64,000 bases of DNA, from positions 25,420,001-25,484,000 of the forward strand of contig OZ365112.1 in the NCBI GenBank assembly GCA_977030845.1, read 5' to 3'. Origin of the DNA: Fimbriosthenelais zetlandica. Taxonomy: Eukaryota. Under the pieces are notes generated by a model, which made no database searches, was not told where the DNA came from, and worked only from the letters and a program-made list of their open reading frames with translations. The position numbers and the translations under genes were made by a program. This document shows positions 24,988-36,418 of the stretch, one piece after another (the stretch's first letter is position 1; each line of letters begins with the position of its first letter).

Positions 24988-26482
24988 TGTGTACAATAGC
25001 AGGTTGAATCAATGAGGCAGGATAATCAGGTGATAGAAGGAGTACAGGTGACTGGTGATCAACAGTGTGGTCTGACTGGTATTGGTGACCTGTTAGTATT
25101 GTTCATTATGTGCAAGAATGTGTAGGTGGGCCTAGTAGTAATTGACTTCCTTGGACAAGGCCAGGACATATATGAAGTGGGTGGGGGAGGGAGGAATGAA
25201 TTGCCAAACCTTTGGTACAATGTAATGATTTAGAAAAACGTGTAAAATCTCTATTAAAATGTAAAGGATTATTTTGAACTTGGATCCTAAGTTGAACCAT
25301 AATAGTGAAGGACCATCCTCTCTTTCTTACACCACTTCGAAGTTTCCTCCTTGACCATACTTTCCCCTCGTCCTCATTCCTTTGCCCTTCCCTTCCCCCT
25401 TCCACACACCACTGTTTATCATGCTAATAATTGTACTCATTCCGTCACATTTCTGTACTATTTATTTGTTCTTTTTGCTGATATTTGGTGTTTCTTAACA
25501 CTGAATAATGTAATACCCAATACTGGCAAGTTAGTAATACTAAGTTCCTGATTTCAGGAATGGTATTTCTACTTCCATGCCAGCATTTTTGGCCCTAGTA
25601 AAGGTAGGTTTCAGACAACCTACTTAGCAAAATTCTTTGTACTTGAATTTAACCTGAATTTCCATGCCTCTGCTTTCTCAATTCTCTCTTCTTCTAGCTA
25701 TTTCTTCTCAACCATCCTTTTGTCCTGCCACCCCTTCCCCTTGACCTCCAACCCCATTTACGTTGCCCTAAAGCCCTCCCTCCTCTCGACTCCCAACCCT
25801 CTCGTCCTGAAAATTATCGTACAGGCACTAATTTTGAAAGTGCCACTGAGATCCTTAGGACAAGTCTTCCAAAAGCTGGAACTGCGCTTGCGTGCTGGCT
25901 ATGGGTGTTCATGCGGGTTTCATTTGGTGAATTACCGACCCCTACCTAGGTGTCACCCAGGTGTCACTATTGGGTTTGATGGCGGAGCACACTGCCGGAT
26001 GTATTCGTTTAAGTGAGCATTTCAGAAACCACTGAGTGAAGGTGGCTGGAAGATGAACTCGGGTGCCTGGGCACTTTGAGATCATTAGGATTTCATACTT
26101 AATATATTTCAAATGTTTCATTCATTTCATTTATTCAGTTTATTTATTTCCCGTCCTTCCTTTCCCTCCGCCCAAACCTTCCCCTTTTCTTCATTCCCTT
26201 GTCCTTCTCTCTTTCACACGCCACTATAACTCACTAATAACTGTACTCTTTCCATCTCAACTTCTCTAGTATTTTTTTTTACTTTTACTTTTGCTAATAT
26301 TTACGGTTACTTTCAGGACTGGATCTTCTGAGCCATTGGTATTGATTGGTACTGGATCTGCTGAGTCATTCGTATTGATGTCCACCAACAGCTGATATCT
26401 ACTGGAACATTTCTTCAGGCACAACAATCATCCGAGTTCCTCCTGACTATCTGGCTGAAGGTAAGACAATTTAAATTAATTA

Positions 26483-26881
26483 ATGCACCAGTCAATGTGC
26501 CCCCGAACTCCGCCACCGCGGGCTGACCTGGGGGTTCAGAAAAGTTGGGGCAGAACCACGCGGGGATTCAGACTTTTTTCGCCTTGTGAATTTTAGAATA
26601 TTTAACCATTATTAGAAACATTCAGCGACCATATAATATTATTATAAAATCACAGCATTTCCGACTTATAATTGTAAGGAAAACCTGGAATTAAGACATT
26701 AATTTTTCGACCGACCAAAAAATTCTTGGATCATAAAACAGAACCGATGACCTAGATTCCAGCCTAATGATCTCAATTTAATATTTGGATGTCAAATTTT
26801 AAGACACACATTTTTGGAGGTGGTCTGAAATGTCCTGGTCAGCCTGGGGGTTGGCGGAAGGCGGCACATTGACTGGTGCAT
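26483..26881. mobile_element. MITE family C (19-bp perfect TIR)
   Basis: ATGCACCAGTCAATGTGCC (26483-26501) / GGCACATTGACTGGTGCAT (26863-26881); no ORF; TSD unclear. Confidence 0.8.
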
Positions 26882-26990
26882 ACTAGGTATTAAGTATCTT
26901 TTGCAGGTTTTAGTCAGCTAAGCACTCTTATTAACCTCTTTTCTCTGTACGTAGGGGCCTTTTCTTTTCAGCTTGTCATTTGTGTAATTG

Positions 26991-27148
26991 CAGAATAGGT
27001 AGTTATTGTAGGATAGGTAGTTTTGTAGGATAGGTAGTTTTTGCAGAATAGGTAGTTTTTGTAGGATATGTAGTTTTTTAGGATAGGTACTTTTTGTAGG
27101 ATAGCTAGTTTTTGTAGGATAAGTAGTTTTTGTAGATAGTTAGTTTTT
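26991..27148. repeat. 18-bp minisatellite (GGATAGGTAGTTTTTGTA), about 8-9 copies
   Basis: Direct inspection. Confidence 0.9.
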
Positions 27149-27529
27149 CGTTGAGGTCTTAACATGAGAATGTAGATAGACCTCACCTGAGCCTGGTACC
27201 TCTTAATTTTGAGTTTGATCTCTTTGATTCTTGACTCTTCTATGAGGCCAAAAAATGTTTTGGAAATATTCCCTCATATTCCATTGTCTTTTGGAATATT
27301 TAGCAGTATATATATATTGCAGTATCTTTCAGGGCAGTCTATGCTAGTTGAAGCTCTCTTTATATAGCTCAATATTCCGAATTAGTTTATTATTTTATCC
27401 CGCATTTCCTCGTCCCTATTATTTTATCCCTCATTTTTTCTTGACCCCTTGAGAACACAGTTCCTCCTATTGTAGCTCCTTGATATTTTTGTCCCAGTCA
27501 AATATATTTAGCATTTTCTCACTGAGTAT

Positions 27530-28740
27530 AGACTATTTTGTCCCCTATTCTCTTACCTGATATTGTAGACATATCTTTATTTTAGACATATCTTTATTTT
27601 AGAGTGCCTTTAAACTTAGTGTTTACTGTCCTCGTTGATTCTATTTTGTGGACTCATCTGGATTTAATTCGATTAGCATTGACCTACCTTCCCTCCCATT
27701 AAGTCTTATAAATTTAGTCCAAGTTTTTTTAGATCCAATTTTATTTGTAGATTTATTATAGTACATACTACTTGATTTTCTTGTCTCTATTTGAAGTTTA
27801 ATATTCGCTTTGTTAGGGCAGTTATTTTAGTATAGTTTATTTTAGTTTCTAGTGACATTTTTCTCCCATTAAGTACAGTAGCATCTTTAGTCCATTTTTT
27901 TTGTTATAACCAGTTTTATTTTTAGATTTAATTTAGAATACTCCATCCTACTCCATGGCTATTTGATTATATATGTAGTTCAGTGCAGTCTACCCTAGCT
28001 TATCCCGAGTTAGTTATTATACAGTTCAGTATACCTCCCTTTAGTCCAAGTCTTTATAGATCCATTTTTATTTGTAGATTTAGTACAGTACATCCTACTT
28101 GATTTTCTTTACTCTAAGTTTAATATTTGCTTTGTTAGGGCAGTTATTTTAGTTCAGTTTATTTTAGTTTCTAGTGACATTTTTCACCCATAAAGTACAG
28201 GCTCGTCTTTAGTCCATTTGTTTTTATAACCCAGTTTTATTTGTAGAATGTATTGAGTATATTCCATCCGACTGAGTGTAGGTTATTTTGTCCCCTATTC
28301 TATTGCTTATATTGTAGACATATCTTTATTTTAGAGTGCCTTTTAACTTAGTGTTTTCTATCCTGGTCGATTCTATTTTGTTCACGCATCTGGATTTAAT
28401 TCGATTAGCATTGACCTCCCTTCCCTCCCATTAAGTCTTATAAATTTAGTCCAATTTTTTTTAGATCCAGTTTTATTTGTAGATTTAGTATAGTAAATCC
28501 TACTTGATTTTCTTGTCTATTTAAAGTTGTATATTTGCTTTGTTAGGATAGATATTTTAGTTTAGTTCATTTTAGTTTCTAGTGATATTTTTCTCCCAAT
28601 AAGTACAGTGTCGTCTTTAGTGCATTCTTTTGATTATGACCCGGTTTTAGTTGTAGAATAATTATTTAGAATATTCCATCCTACTCCATTTCGTATGATT
28701 TGATTAGATTTAGTTCAGGGAAGTCTAGCTACATCTCGAG
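27530..28740. repeat. Complex nested tandem repeat (750-bp higher-order period; ~330-400 bp sub-units x3)
   Basis: TTTTGTCCCCTATTCT...ATCTGGATTTAATTCGATTAGCATTGACCT...CTCCCATTAAGTCTTATAAATTTAGTCC at ~27536 and ~28286; the sub-unit TTTAGTCCAA...TTTTATTTGTAGATTTA...TTTAGTTTCTAGTGA recurs at ~27713, ~28040 and ~28445. Confidence 0.85.
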
Positions 28741-29337
28741 TAAGATTTTGTGTTAGGATAGTCAGTTCTTTACCATTTATTTTGTCCACTTTTTCTTTAG
28801 ATTCTTCTGTAGCATCAATCTAGTTTGTTTTTTTTAGTTCAGTCATTTTTTCATTGAACTTAGGATCTTATTCTGTGCTGCTTCTCTATATTAAGTTTCT
28901 CCTTTCTAATCCAACTCGGTGTATGTATTTCTTTTATATTTATTTCTGTACTTGCGCTAGCCATTCACCATAAAAATTCGCTTGTTTCCTCCCTCCTACA
29001 TCCTCCCCCATCCCTCTCTCACAGCCTGGTCAATAGTGTTCTTCCCCTCCCCCACCCAGCTTACCCCTACTCCTTCCATATGCCTGCCTCCTAAGAATTA
29101 CTTCATCCCTCATTTCCCCTCCCTCCCAACCTTCTCCCACTGCAACTCCCACTCCTCCAGTCTCCACTCTAACTCCCCCTCCCCTTGTATTATTCTCCCT
29201 CAATCAATTGATTTTTCCACACCTATAAATTTTATTTTATATCCTGTCACCCTCCCTGTCCCTACTTCCTGTCCCTAATACATAGTGTTCTCCCCTTCCT
29301 TTATATGTCTGTCTCCTAAGAAGTCCTACATCCATCC

Positions 29338-29525
29338 TCCCCCTCATCTCCCACTTCTCTCCCTTCCCCTCCTCCTCATCTCCCACTTCTCTCCCTTCCC
29401 CTCCTCCTCATCTCCCACTTCTCTCCCTTCCCCTCCTCCTCATCTCCCACTTCTCTCCCTTCCCCTCCTCCTCATCTCTTACTTCTCTCCCTTCCCCTCC
29501 TCATCTCCCACTTCTCTCCCTCATC
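29338..29525. repeat. Pyrimidine-rich ~33-36 bp tandem repeat (CCCCTCCTCCTCATCTCCCACTTCTCTCCCTT) within a larger C/T tract (28981-29560)
   Basis: About 5 copies; it accounts for the spurious ORF 29285-29599. Confidence 0.9.
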
Positions 29526-29860
29526 TCCAAAATTTCCTCCTGCCCCTCACTCAATCAATTTTGCTTGGTTTTTCATCACAGTGGCTAGCGCAGGCATAGA
29601 AATAAGTGATTTTTGCTTCTATTCAAGGTCTGTTTTATCTTGTTCAAGTTTCCTTTCCTTGTTTTAAGTCTTATCTCCATTCCTTTCCTTCTTTTAATAT
29701 TCTTTTCATTGAAGCGTAACTAATACCTTCCTTCATTTAAGTCTTATAACCTTGTTTACTAAGTCCTTTTTTAGTCTAGCTTACTTTCCCTTGTTCAAGT
29801 TTCCTTTCCTTGTTTTAAGTCTATCTCCCTTCACAGTCAGCTTTTCAAAATTATTCTCCA

Positions 29861-30323
29861 CTGTCACTGTCAACTACTGCTCTGCTGTCACCTTTCAAAA
29901 TTATTCTATCTCCACTGTCACTGTCTCTTATAGACACTGTCATAGTTGACAGTTTATTTCTATCTTCTATTTTTTTTCTATCTTCTTCTCTACTGTCAAC
30001 TAGTTGACAGTGCTTCTATTAGAAGCACTGTCAACTAGTTGACAGTAACATTTTTTTTTTATTTCCTTCTCCACTGTCAGTAGTGACTAGTCACTACTGA
30101 CAGTAGAGTTTGGAAAATCTTCTAAGTCCAAAGCTACTGTCAATGGCCAGAAGGGCCAGTTGACGTTGACACTCGAGATAGGTTCTGCCCACACGGCCAG
30201 GATTTTTCAAAAAATGACCTCCAGACTTAACCCCCTTTACAGGGATTAAGTCCAGAGGCACATCTTTTAATTTGTTCAGTCAATCTTCCCATTAATTGGG
30301 CAAGAAAGACCAAACAAATTAAA
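29861..30323. repeat. Cluster of perfect palindromes and hairpins
   Basis: 57-bp palindrome 29991-30047 (1-nt centre at 30019) containing two ACTGTCAACTAGTTGACAGT sub-palindromes; 32-bp perfect palindrome 30073-30104; further stems at 29936-29953, ~30138-30160, ~30218-30260 and ~30264-30323. Confidence 0.95.
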
Positions 30324-32606
30324 AGAGCTGTAAAAGGAATACAAACATATATACAATTTCAGTTAAACAATTTTATTTCACCATAAGAATCAAGCTGCAA
30401 CTTCTTGTTTTTCAGGTCTTCTCTGGACTTCAAACTGCTACAATGGTCCATTTTCATACATCTCAAGCACTTTACCTCTGCTGCATTGATATCCCCTGGA
30501 AAAAGAGGACATAAAACAGTCTTAGAAATCAGGATAATCATTTTGACACATCACTGCAAAAGAACATTTTTTGGTAATAAAATTGAACACACTGAAATGC
30601 CTACTTCTCTTTTCATATCAATAAGTTCGCATACTAATTTTGGCTTATTTAGGTTACAAATGAATTTACAGTGTATACAAATCTAGAGCTACATTACCTA
30701 CAGTAATTACATTTATGACTTCTTTAGGAATTTGCTAACAAACCTGTCTAGAACTACAGAGAAAAGATTTTTGGCTTATTTATTAACAAAAATTATACTG
30801 ACAAATATTGTGTTCACCTTGTCTATCTTTATACATTAGCAGTATAAAACTGACAAGATCATTTGTATGGGGAAATTAATTTTTAACCAAGAATATACTG
30901 AACATGACTTACAGAATTATACTAAAATGCCTATATCTAACTCAGTTTTAAAGGCTATTTAAAGGCTGTGTGCGAAAATGGACATTTTATCAGGAATTTA
31001 TATTTTTGGCATTTAGGAATACACTACATATAACTACCTACAATTAAGCCTATAGAGCAAATTTATAACTTTCATTAAGAGGGAATAACTTTGATGCACT
31101 ATCTGCTGTGGCCATCAACTAAAACATTTAGTTTATCCTCTATCTAGTTTTGCAAATTATTTAAAGGCCTAGATCGAGCTTATATGGATATTACTGTTAC
31201 AGAAACGGACCAAACTTTCTGACCTTATTTTAATAGCCTAGGTAGTAGGCATTTTAATTGGCTCTTTTTTTTAGAATATATCAGTTATGTTTTATAAAAT
31301 TGCTTCCTAGTTCCTAATGACTATTTTAGAGATAAATGCACTTAGAAAATCAATTAAAAATAATTAAAGACTAAACTTGCAGTCTAACTACAATTAAGCC
31401 TATAGAGCAAATAATTTATAACTTTCATTAAGAGGGAATAATTTACTTTAGAGCTTTTACCTATCTTGGTTCAATTAATTTACATTAGTAATATACTACA
31501 TATCTATTTTAAAAGCCTCTTAATTTGGTCAAAATTAAGATTTTCTGTTTTGCAAAGCCAGGTAATTTACTCTGACAATTGACACTACAATTCTCATGCC
31601 TGTAGCCATGGGTTGGGACGCGGGAGTTCTAAACCTTGCCCTTCCTACTCAACACAAACTATATAAGCCTCAAGTCTAACAACTTCACACCCAACTAAAT
31701 TATAACTCAAGTAATTCAATAAGAACGACTCAAAAATAATTTCCCAATATAAACTGCCAATACATTTACTCCCAACCAACTGATAACAAAATGTGGACAT
31801 CTCACCCTGAATCTAAATTAACCAACTAAAATAAGACCCAATATTAAGAATCCCACCCCACTAATTCTATCTACCTCCCAAATTGAATACAAAATATCAA
31901 CCTGTACCTCATCTTGACTAAATAAACCAACCCAACTCATTACTATTTACGACCCCAACTAAATAGAAATCCCACCTATATTAATTTACTAAACTAAACT
32001 CATTCTACCCGCCTTCCAAAATATGTATATCCTCAAATAAGCATTAACCAGCACCCCAACCAGATCTTAAAGACGCTACCCCTATTCCTAATTAGGACCA
32101 TACTAATGAAATACAAATGAACCTTGAACTCAAATCGGATCTAATTTATTAAAAAGCCTCCGCTGGGAATAAATTTATGACCCCACATAATTATCAAGAA
32201 TGAACTAGCTGGACTAATCAAATGAACCCTCCCTAATAGACTAATTACAAATTAAGACCCTAAACTAATTACCAAATAAATCCCCACCCCACCCCACCCC
32301 CACGGGGCAACACGTGGCTACAGGCATGATAACTGAACATAGAAAAAAAATCACGAAATGCTTGAGACAAGACTTGAGCTTCGGACTGACTGATTCCCTT
32401 TGGGAAATAGATTTTAACTATGGCCGCCAACGAAAATGCCATAGATTGTGGGTTCAAATGACAATTACAAATATTACCCGACCAATAGGGCGTACTTTTT
32501 CCCCAGTTTGTTAAAAACAACCAATGCTCAATTGTGAACGTGTGGGTCCGAAAACTAATCAACCAATGCTCAAGTCTTGCATTCAAGTAAAGAGGTAAAG
32601 CTTAGA

Positions 32607-33035
32607 ATAAAAACTGGTGGCTTCCTGGTGCATTCATGGGGCAAACAAATCTATGGGGATAATTTAGCAAATTAATGCTGTGAAATGTGAGGCGAACTTC
32701 TATATTTCTTTAGTGCACAAAAGCTGCTAAGCACCAATGAATTTCTAAAAGATTTGGGGATAATCTACTGCATAAGGGTCATTAACTTTTAGGAGATAAT
32801 TTGGCGCACAACGGATCCTCAAATTGAAATCAATTTCGAAAGATTTCTGATAATTTAGCTGACAAATATAGCTCTCGATTTTCGAAATGTTTAGGGATGA
32901 TTTCTTTAAATTCAACCTTGTTGGACAGGCAAACAAGGGGGGAAATTAAGCAAAAGGAAGCGGCGTAATTTACAAGCCATTGAAATATTGTAGTCCTGCC
33001 TTCATGAATGCCACGAGAAAACCACCAGTTCTTAT
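32607..33035. mobile_element. Possible old MITE (imperfect ~30-bp terminal inverted repeat)
   Basis: ATAAAAACTGGTGGCTTCCTGGTGCATTCATG versus the reverse complement of CATGAATGCCACGAGAAAACCACCAGTTCTTAT; internal repeats of GGGATAAT(T/C)TA. Confidence 0.5.
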
Positions 33036-33669
33036 ACCAGGAATAAAATAACTTACTTTTTGTCAGTATTTACTGGACGAATGAAGGGTGGGTGAATGCC
33101 TGGTGCCCCTGAACGTATGGTCGTCTCGGTATGAAAAGACAAAAAGGGAAAGAACATTAAGTATACGCATGAATACAAAAATAACATAACGTTAACCCAA
33201 AATAGTCTCGTATTACAGTAATGCGGCCAGCACAAAAGCTGAATAGTTCATTAAATTGTGCTGTGATAAATTAAAATGGCCACCATATTACCTTCACAAA
33301 TTGTACACAATATATCATAAATTTAAATACAGGATAAACAAAGTAAACTATTGTAAAATCCCATTTGCCATTCTCCACAAGTCTAGCATGGACATAATTA
33401 ATAAGTAAATTGAAGAAAACAACTAAGGAATTTAGATAACTAAGTCATACAGGCCGAGAATAAGAGTCCAAAAACTAAAGTAAAATACAATAAAAAGTTG
33501 AAGGTTTAAATCCAGGTGGAGAAAGGTGGCAGGGACTATACAATACAATACAATATAGAATAAATTCCTATGAATGAACACTCACCTCACACAACTGTCT
33601 CCTTTGCTGTCCAGAACGAAAAAGGCTGATGTGTTGAGATTCTTGGTCGTTGTTCCAGACTTCCTCAGA

Positions 33670-33840
33670 TCAGCCTTCTCATTGGCCGAGAGAGGTGTCA
33701 CATGGTGATGCAAAACCGCAGCAGTGCTTAGCAACCTCGGTTGGTGAGTGAGAGATTGTAGTCGCCTTTTCATTGGCCCTGAGAGTCGTCTCACTACCAA
33801 GTAACCAGAGGTTTTGTTAGGCGCCTGCCCATTGGTTGTT
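33670..33840 (-). promoter_or_regulatory. Candidate promoter: three CCAAT boxes on the - strand and RFX-like half sites
   Basis: ATTGG at 33681, 33772 and 33831 (the first two within a ~28-bp direct repeat); CTTAGCAAC and CTACCAAGTAAC; strong - strand donor GAG|GTGAGT at 33586. Confidence 0.4.
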
Positions 33841-34650
33841 TTGATCAGGTGATTAGTACTAGGTACAGGTGTGGCAAGATAGGTGGCATATGTTGCATCC
33901 CTCAATCTTGGTTCCCCGATTTCCCCCTGGGAACGCTCTTTGCAAGCATTCTGAACTGAAAATAAGCAGTTTCATATAATTTTACATGTCAAAAATGCAA
34001 AATAATGGTATAACAATGCGCATCTAACTCAAGTAGATGTAAAACTCTGTTTTAAAATGATTAAGTTTGGAAAAAAACGTGCGAACTTTTGAGATGGCCT
34101 CTATAAGGCCATGGGAAAAGACAGTTCTTTAGCGCCCACCTCCTAAAATATCCAATCTCCTCTTCCTTGGCCTCTTTTTCCCTATATTGGACAATAATTA
34201 TAGGCTCCCTAGTTGAATACTTCTTTAAAGTTTTTATAAGTTTCGCACTGAAGCCTGATATATATCACTCAGTTCATATCTTCCACCTTAACTAGCTCTA
34301 TGCGTGTCACACACCCACGGCCCTTTCATTTAGCCCCACCATCCATACTAAATTAAGCCCCAGACATGATTGCGGTGGTTATATCATGAGCACACACCCG
34401 TACAGCAGGCTGCCTGCCACTCGTCACTTGGCTACATCGGCCTGTATGCTCCCTCAGGGGCGGGAGGGGGGCGGGGGCGGTGGTGGTGGGGGAAGTGATC
34501 GCACACTCGTCACCTGGCCTGATATGGTCCCCGAGGGGCGGGGGAGGGGGTGGGGGGAGGGGTCAAGGTGGCGGAGATCTGCCCCCAAATCGCATCAGAT
34601 CCGTCATGCACAGATCTATGAGAGAATCATCCCGATCATGATCTTATCTT

Positions 34651-34780
34651 CATACACATTATGCCGATTTTTAATCTAAAGCGGGTTCTACACTACACTG
34701 ATCTGGGGTGCGATTTCATGATCTTAACGGTCTAATCAGATCAAATTGAAGTAAGATTAAGAATCAGCATAATGTGTATG
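34651..34780. mobile_element. Small inverted-repeat element (27-bp arms, 2 mismatches)
   Basis: CATACACATTATGCCGATTTTTAATCT / AGATTAAGAATCAGCATAATGTGTATG. Confidence 0.6.
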
Positions 34781-36365
34781 ATCCAGAACCGCCAATTGAC
34801 GTTCATCGGCCGGCAACTTACTAATCCCTTGACGATTGACCAGCATTAAAGCTGGAACACACTAATCCATACTAACCCCCATTTATAATGGCATCCAACG
34901 ATTGAAATTGTGTCAATGGTTAGTCTTACCTAGGAGTAAAGATCTGTTCAAATTACAAGCATTTGGTGTGAATAGAAATATAGAATCGGATAGCTATCGG
35001 ATGGAGCCTCTGAGATGTAGAATCGGATAAGTGTGCTCCAGGCTTTAGACGGAGCCCCTCATCCCTCCCATCAATTGCTACCACCTCCATGCACCACCCT
35101 CACACCCATGGTAGACCTAAGTCAATAGCAAATCAAATACTAGGTTAAGGTACGCCTAGCCTACGCCTACATTCTACACTTAAAATGCTATGTTTTATGG
35201 TATCGCCCTCAAGTTGTGTTCTATTGGGGTAGGAGACTCATGTGGGCATCGCCCTTCAGTTAAATTCTATTAGGGAAAGATATTAAGGCCTATGGGTATG
35301 TGGCCACAGCATGTGGAAATATTGTGTATAAATTTGCAACTGAACTTTGGCTTCAATTTTGACATTAGAACACTCTGATAAGGCGATACCTGTCAATCGT
35401 TAAAATTCAATGTCAGTCTACTCACATTTAGTAGTTGTAATCCCTGTTTGGCTCACAAAACAACCATCAAAATCGGTGATAACGTATCAAATTATTAGCA
35501 GGTGATGTTACCGGATGTTTATTGATTCGATAACAGCAGAAGTTGTCCCATGTTAAAACGCCAACATCAACCAGTTGTAACGTGTAGTTCCTTATTTATC
35601 CACTGGTATAATCTGGCGCAAATATCTGCTGCCATAGGGTCCAATGTTAAAAATTATTTAGCCCCCCCAGGCCCCTCCCCGGCCCCCAATCTGCACCCCC
35701 ACCCCCATGTTTACCCCAGGCACCCATCCCAACATCCTCCTAAAATTTCAGCCCGATTGGAAAAGGCTAACATGTCTAAATCCCTTGGATTGTGCAAAAG
35801 TGTCCCCTCCATAGACTCAATGTTAAAAATCACTCACGATTACAGGAATGTGTGCTACAGAGCCGGTTTGCCAGTCCACTACAATCGGATTTTCTCTACC
35901 TAATACGCATTATTGTCACTCAAATCCACGGGTATATATAACTTATGACCTCTACTGATACATCCCAAAAGAGCGGAGACGAAAAACGAGGAAAACTCCG
36001 ATTTTTGCGAGAGTGACAAGTCGGCCTCGCGTATACCGGCCTATAATTTGGCCTTTTAAAAACCTTAACAGCGCCCTCTCACTAAAAGTCGAAAAAGTTG
36101 AATAACTCTGTAAATAATGGGTCTAAAATTACAATTCAAACGGATTATTCTTAGTTGGAAGCATCTCCAAATATCTATGTGGTTTTTGTTGCACTAAAAT
36201 TAATTTAAAATTTCGATTTTTGGAAATGGAGGGAATTTGAGGTCTTAGCATTGATCTCTATGGAAGGAGGAGGCAGCGCGACTGTGGCGACCCGAAGGCG
36301 GCATGGAGGTGAACTACTCTGCTATGATCAAACCAAAGCTGAGCGGGGGGAGAGACCAAGGATAG

Positions 36366-36368
36366 TGG

Positions 36369-36403
<35 letters not shown>

Positions 36404-36418
36404 TGGGGGGGGGGGGAG
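36366..36418. repeat. (GA)n microsatellite followed by poly-G
   Basis: Direct inspection. Confidence 0.9.

Larger units (their letters stand above)
23090..30600 (+). ncRNA. Putative spliced long non-coding RNA (5 candidate exons)
   Basis: Candidate exons 23090-23189 (AG|GTGAGT), 23654-23780 (|GTAAGT), 24557-24656 (AG|GTAAG), 26317-26460 (AG|GTAAGA) and 30416-~30600 (CTTCTTGTTTTTCAG acceptor, AATAAA at 30576). Each has a polypyrimidine-AG acceptor, and the four internal exons are GC-richer than their introns. The ORFs I found in the first four exons are short (12, 37 and 47 aa). No expression data. Confidence 0.5.

Noticed and set aside
26991-29525. CRISPR-like array
   Set aside because: Repeats are contiguous tandem units without unique spacers, in a eukaryotic context with no cas genes.
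26968-29599. ORFs 26968-27186, 28982-29278 and 29285-29599
   Set aside because: Translations of minisatellite or pyrimidine tracts.
23190-30415. snoRNA host-gene hypothesis for the lncRNA
   Set aside because: No well-spaced box C (RTGATGA)/box D (CTGA) pair with terminal stem seen by eye; H/ACA cannot be excluded without snoscan or Infernal.
30700-32300. NUMT of a mitochondrial protein gene, or an ORF in an alternative (TAA/TAG=Gln) code
   Set aside because: The frames I tried under the mitochondrial code contain frequent TAA/TAG stops. One frame lacks TGA for ~300 codons, but TGA is rare throughout this G-poor strand and the peptide is unrecognisable.
33582-35903. ORFs 33582-33905 (-) and 35550-35903 (+)
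   Set aside because: No recognisable motifs or exon context; they overlap promoter-like or repeat-like sequence.
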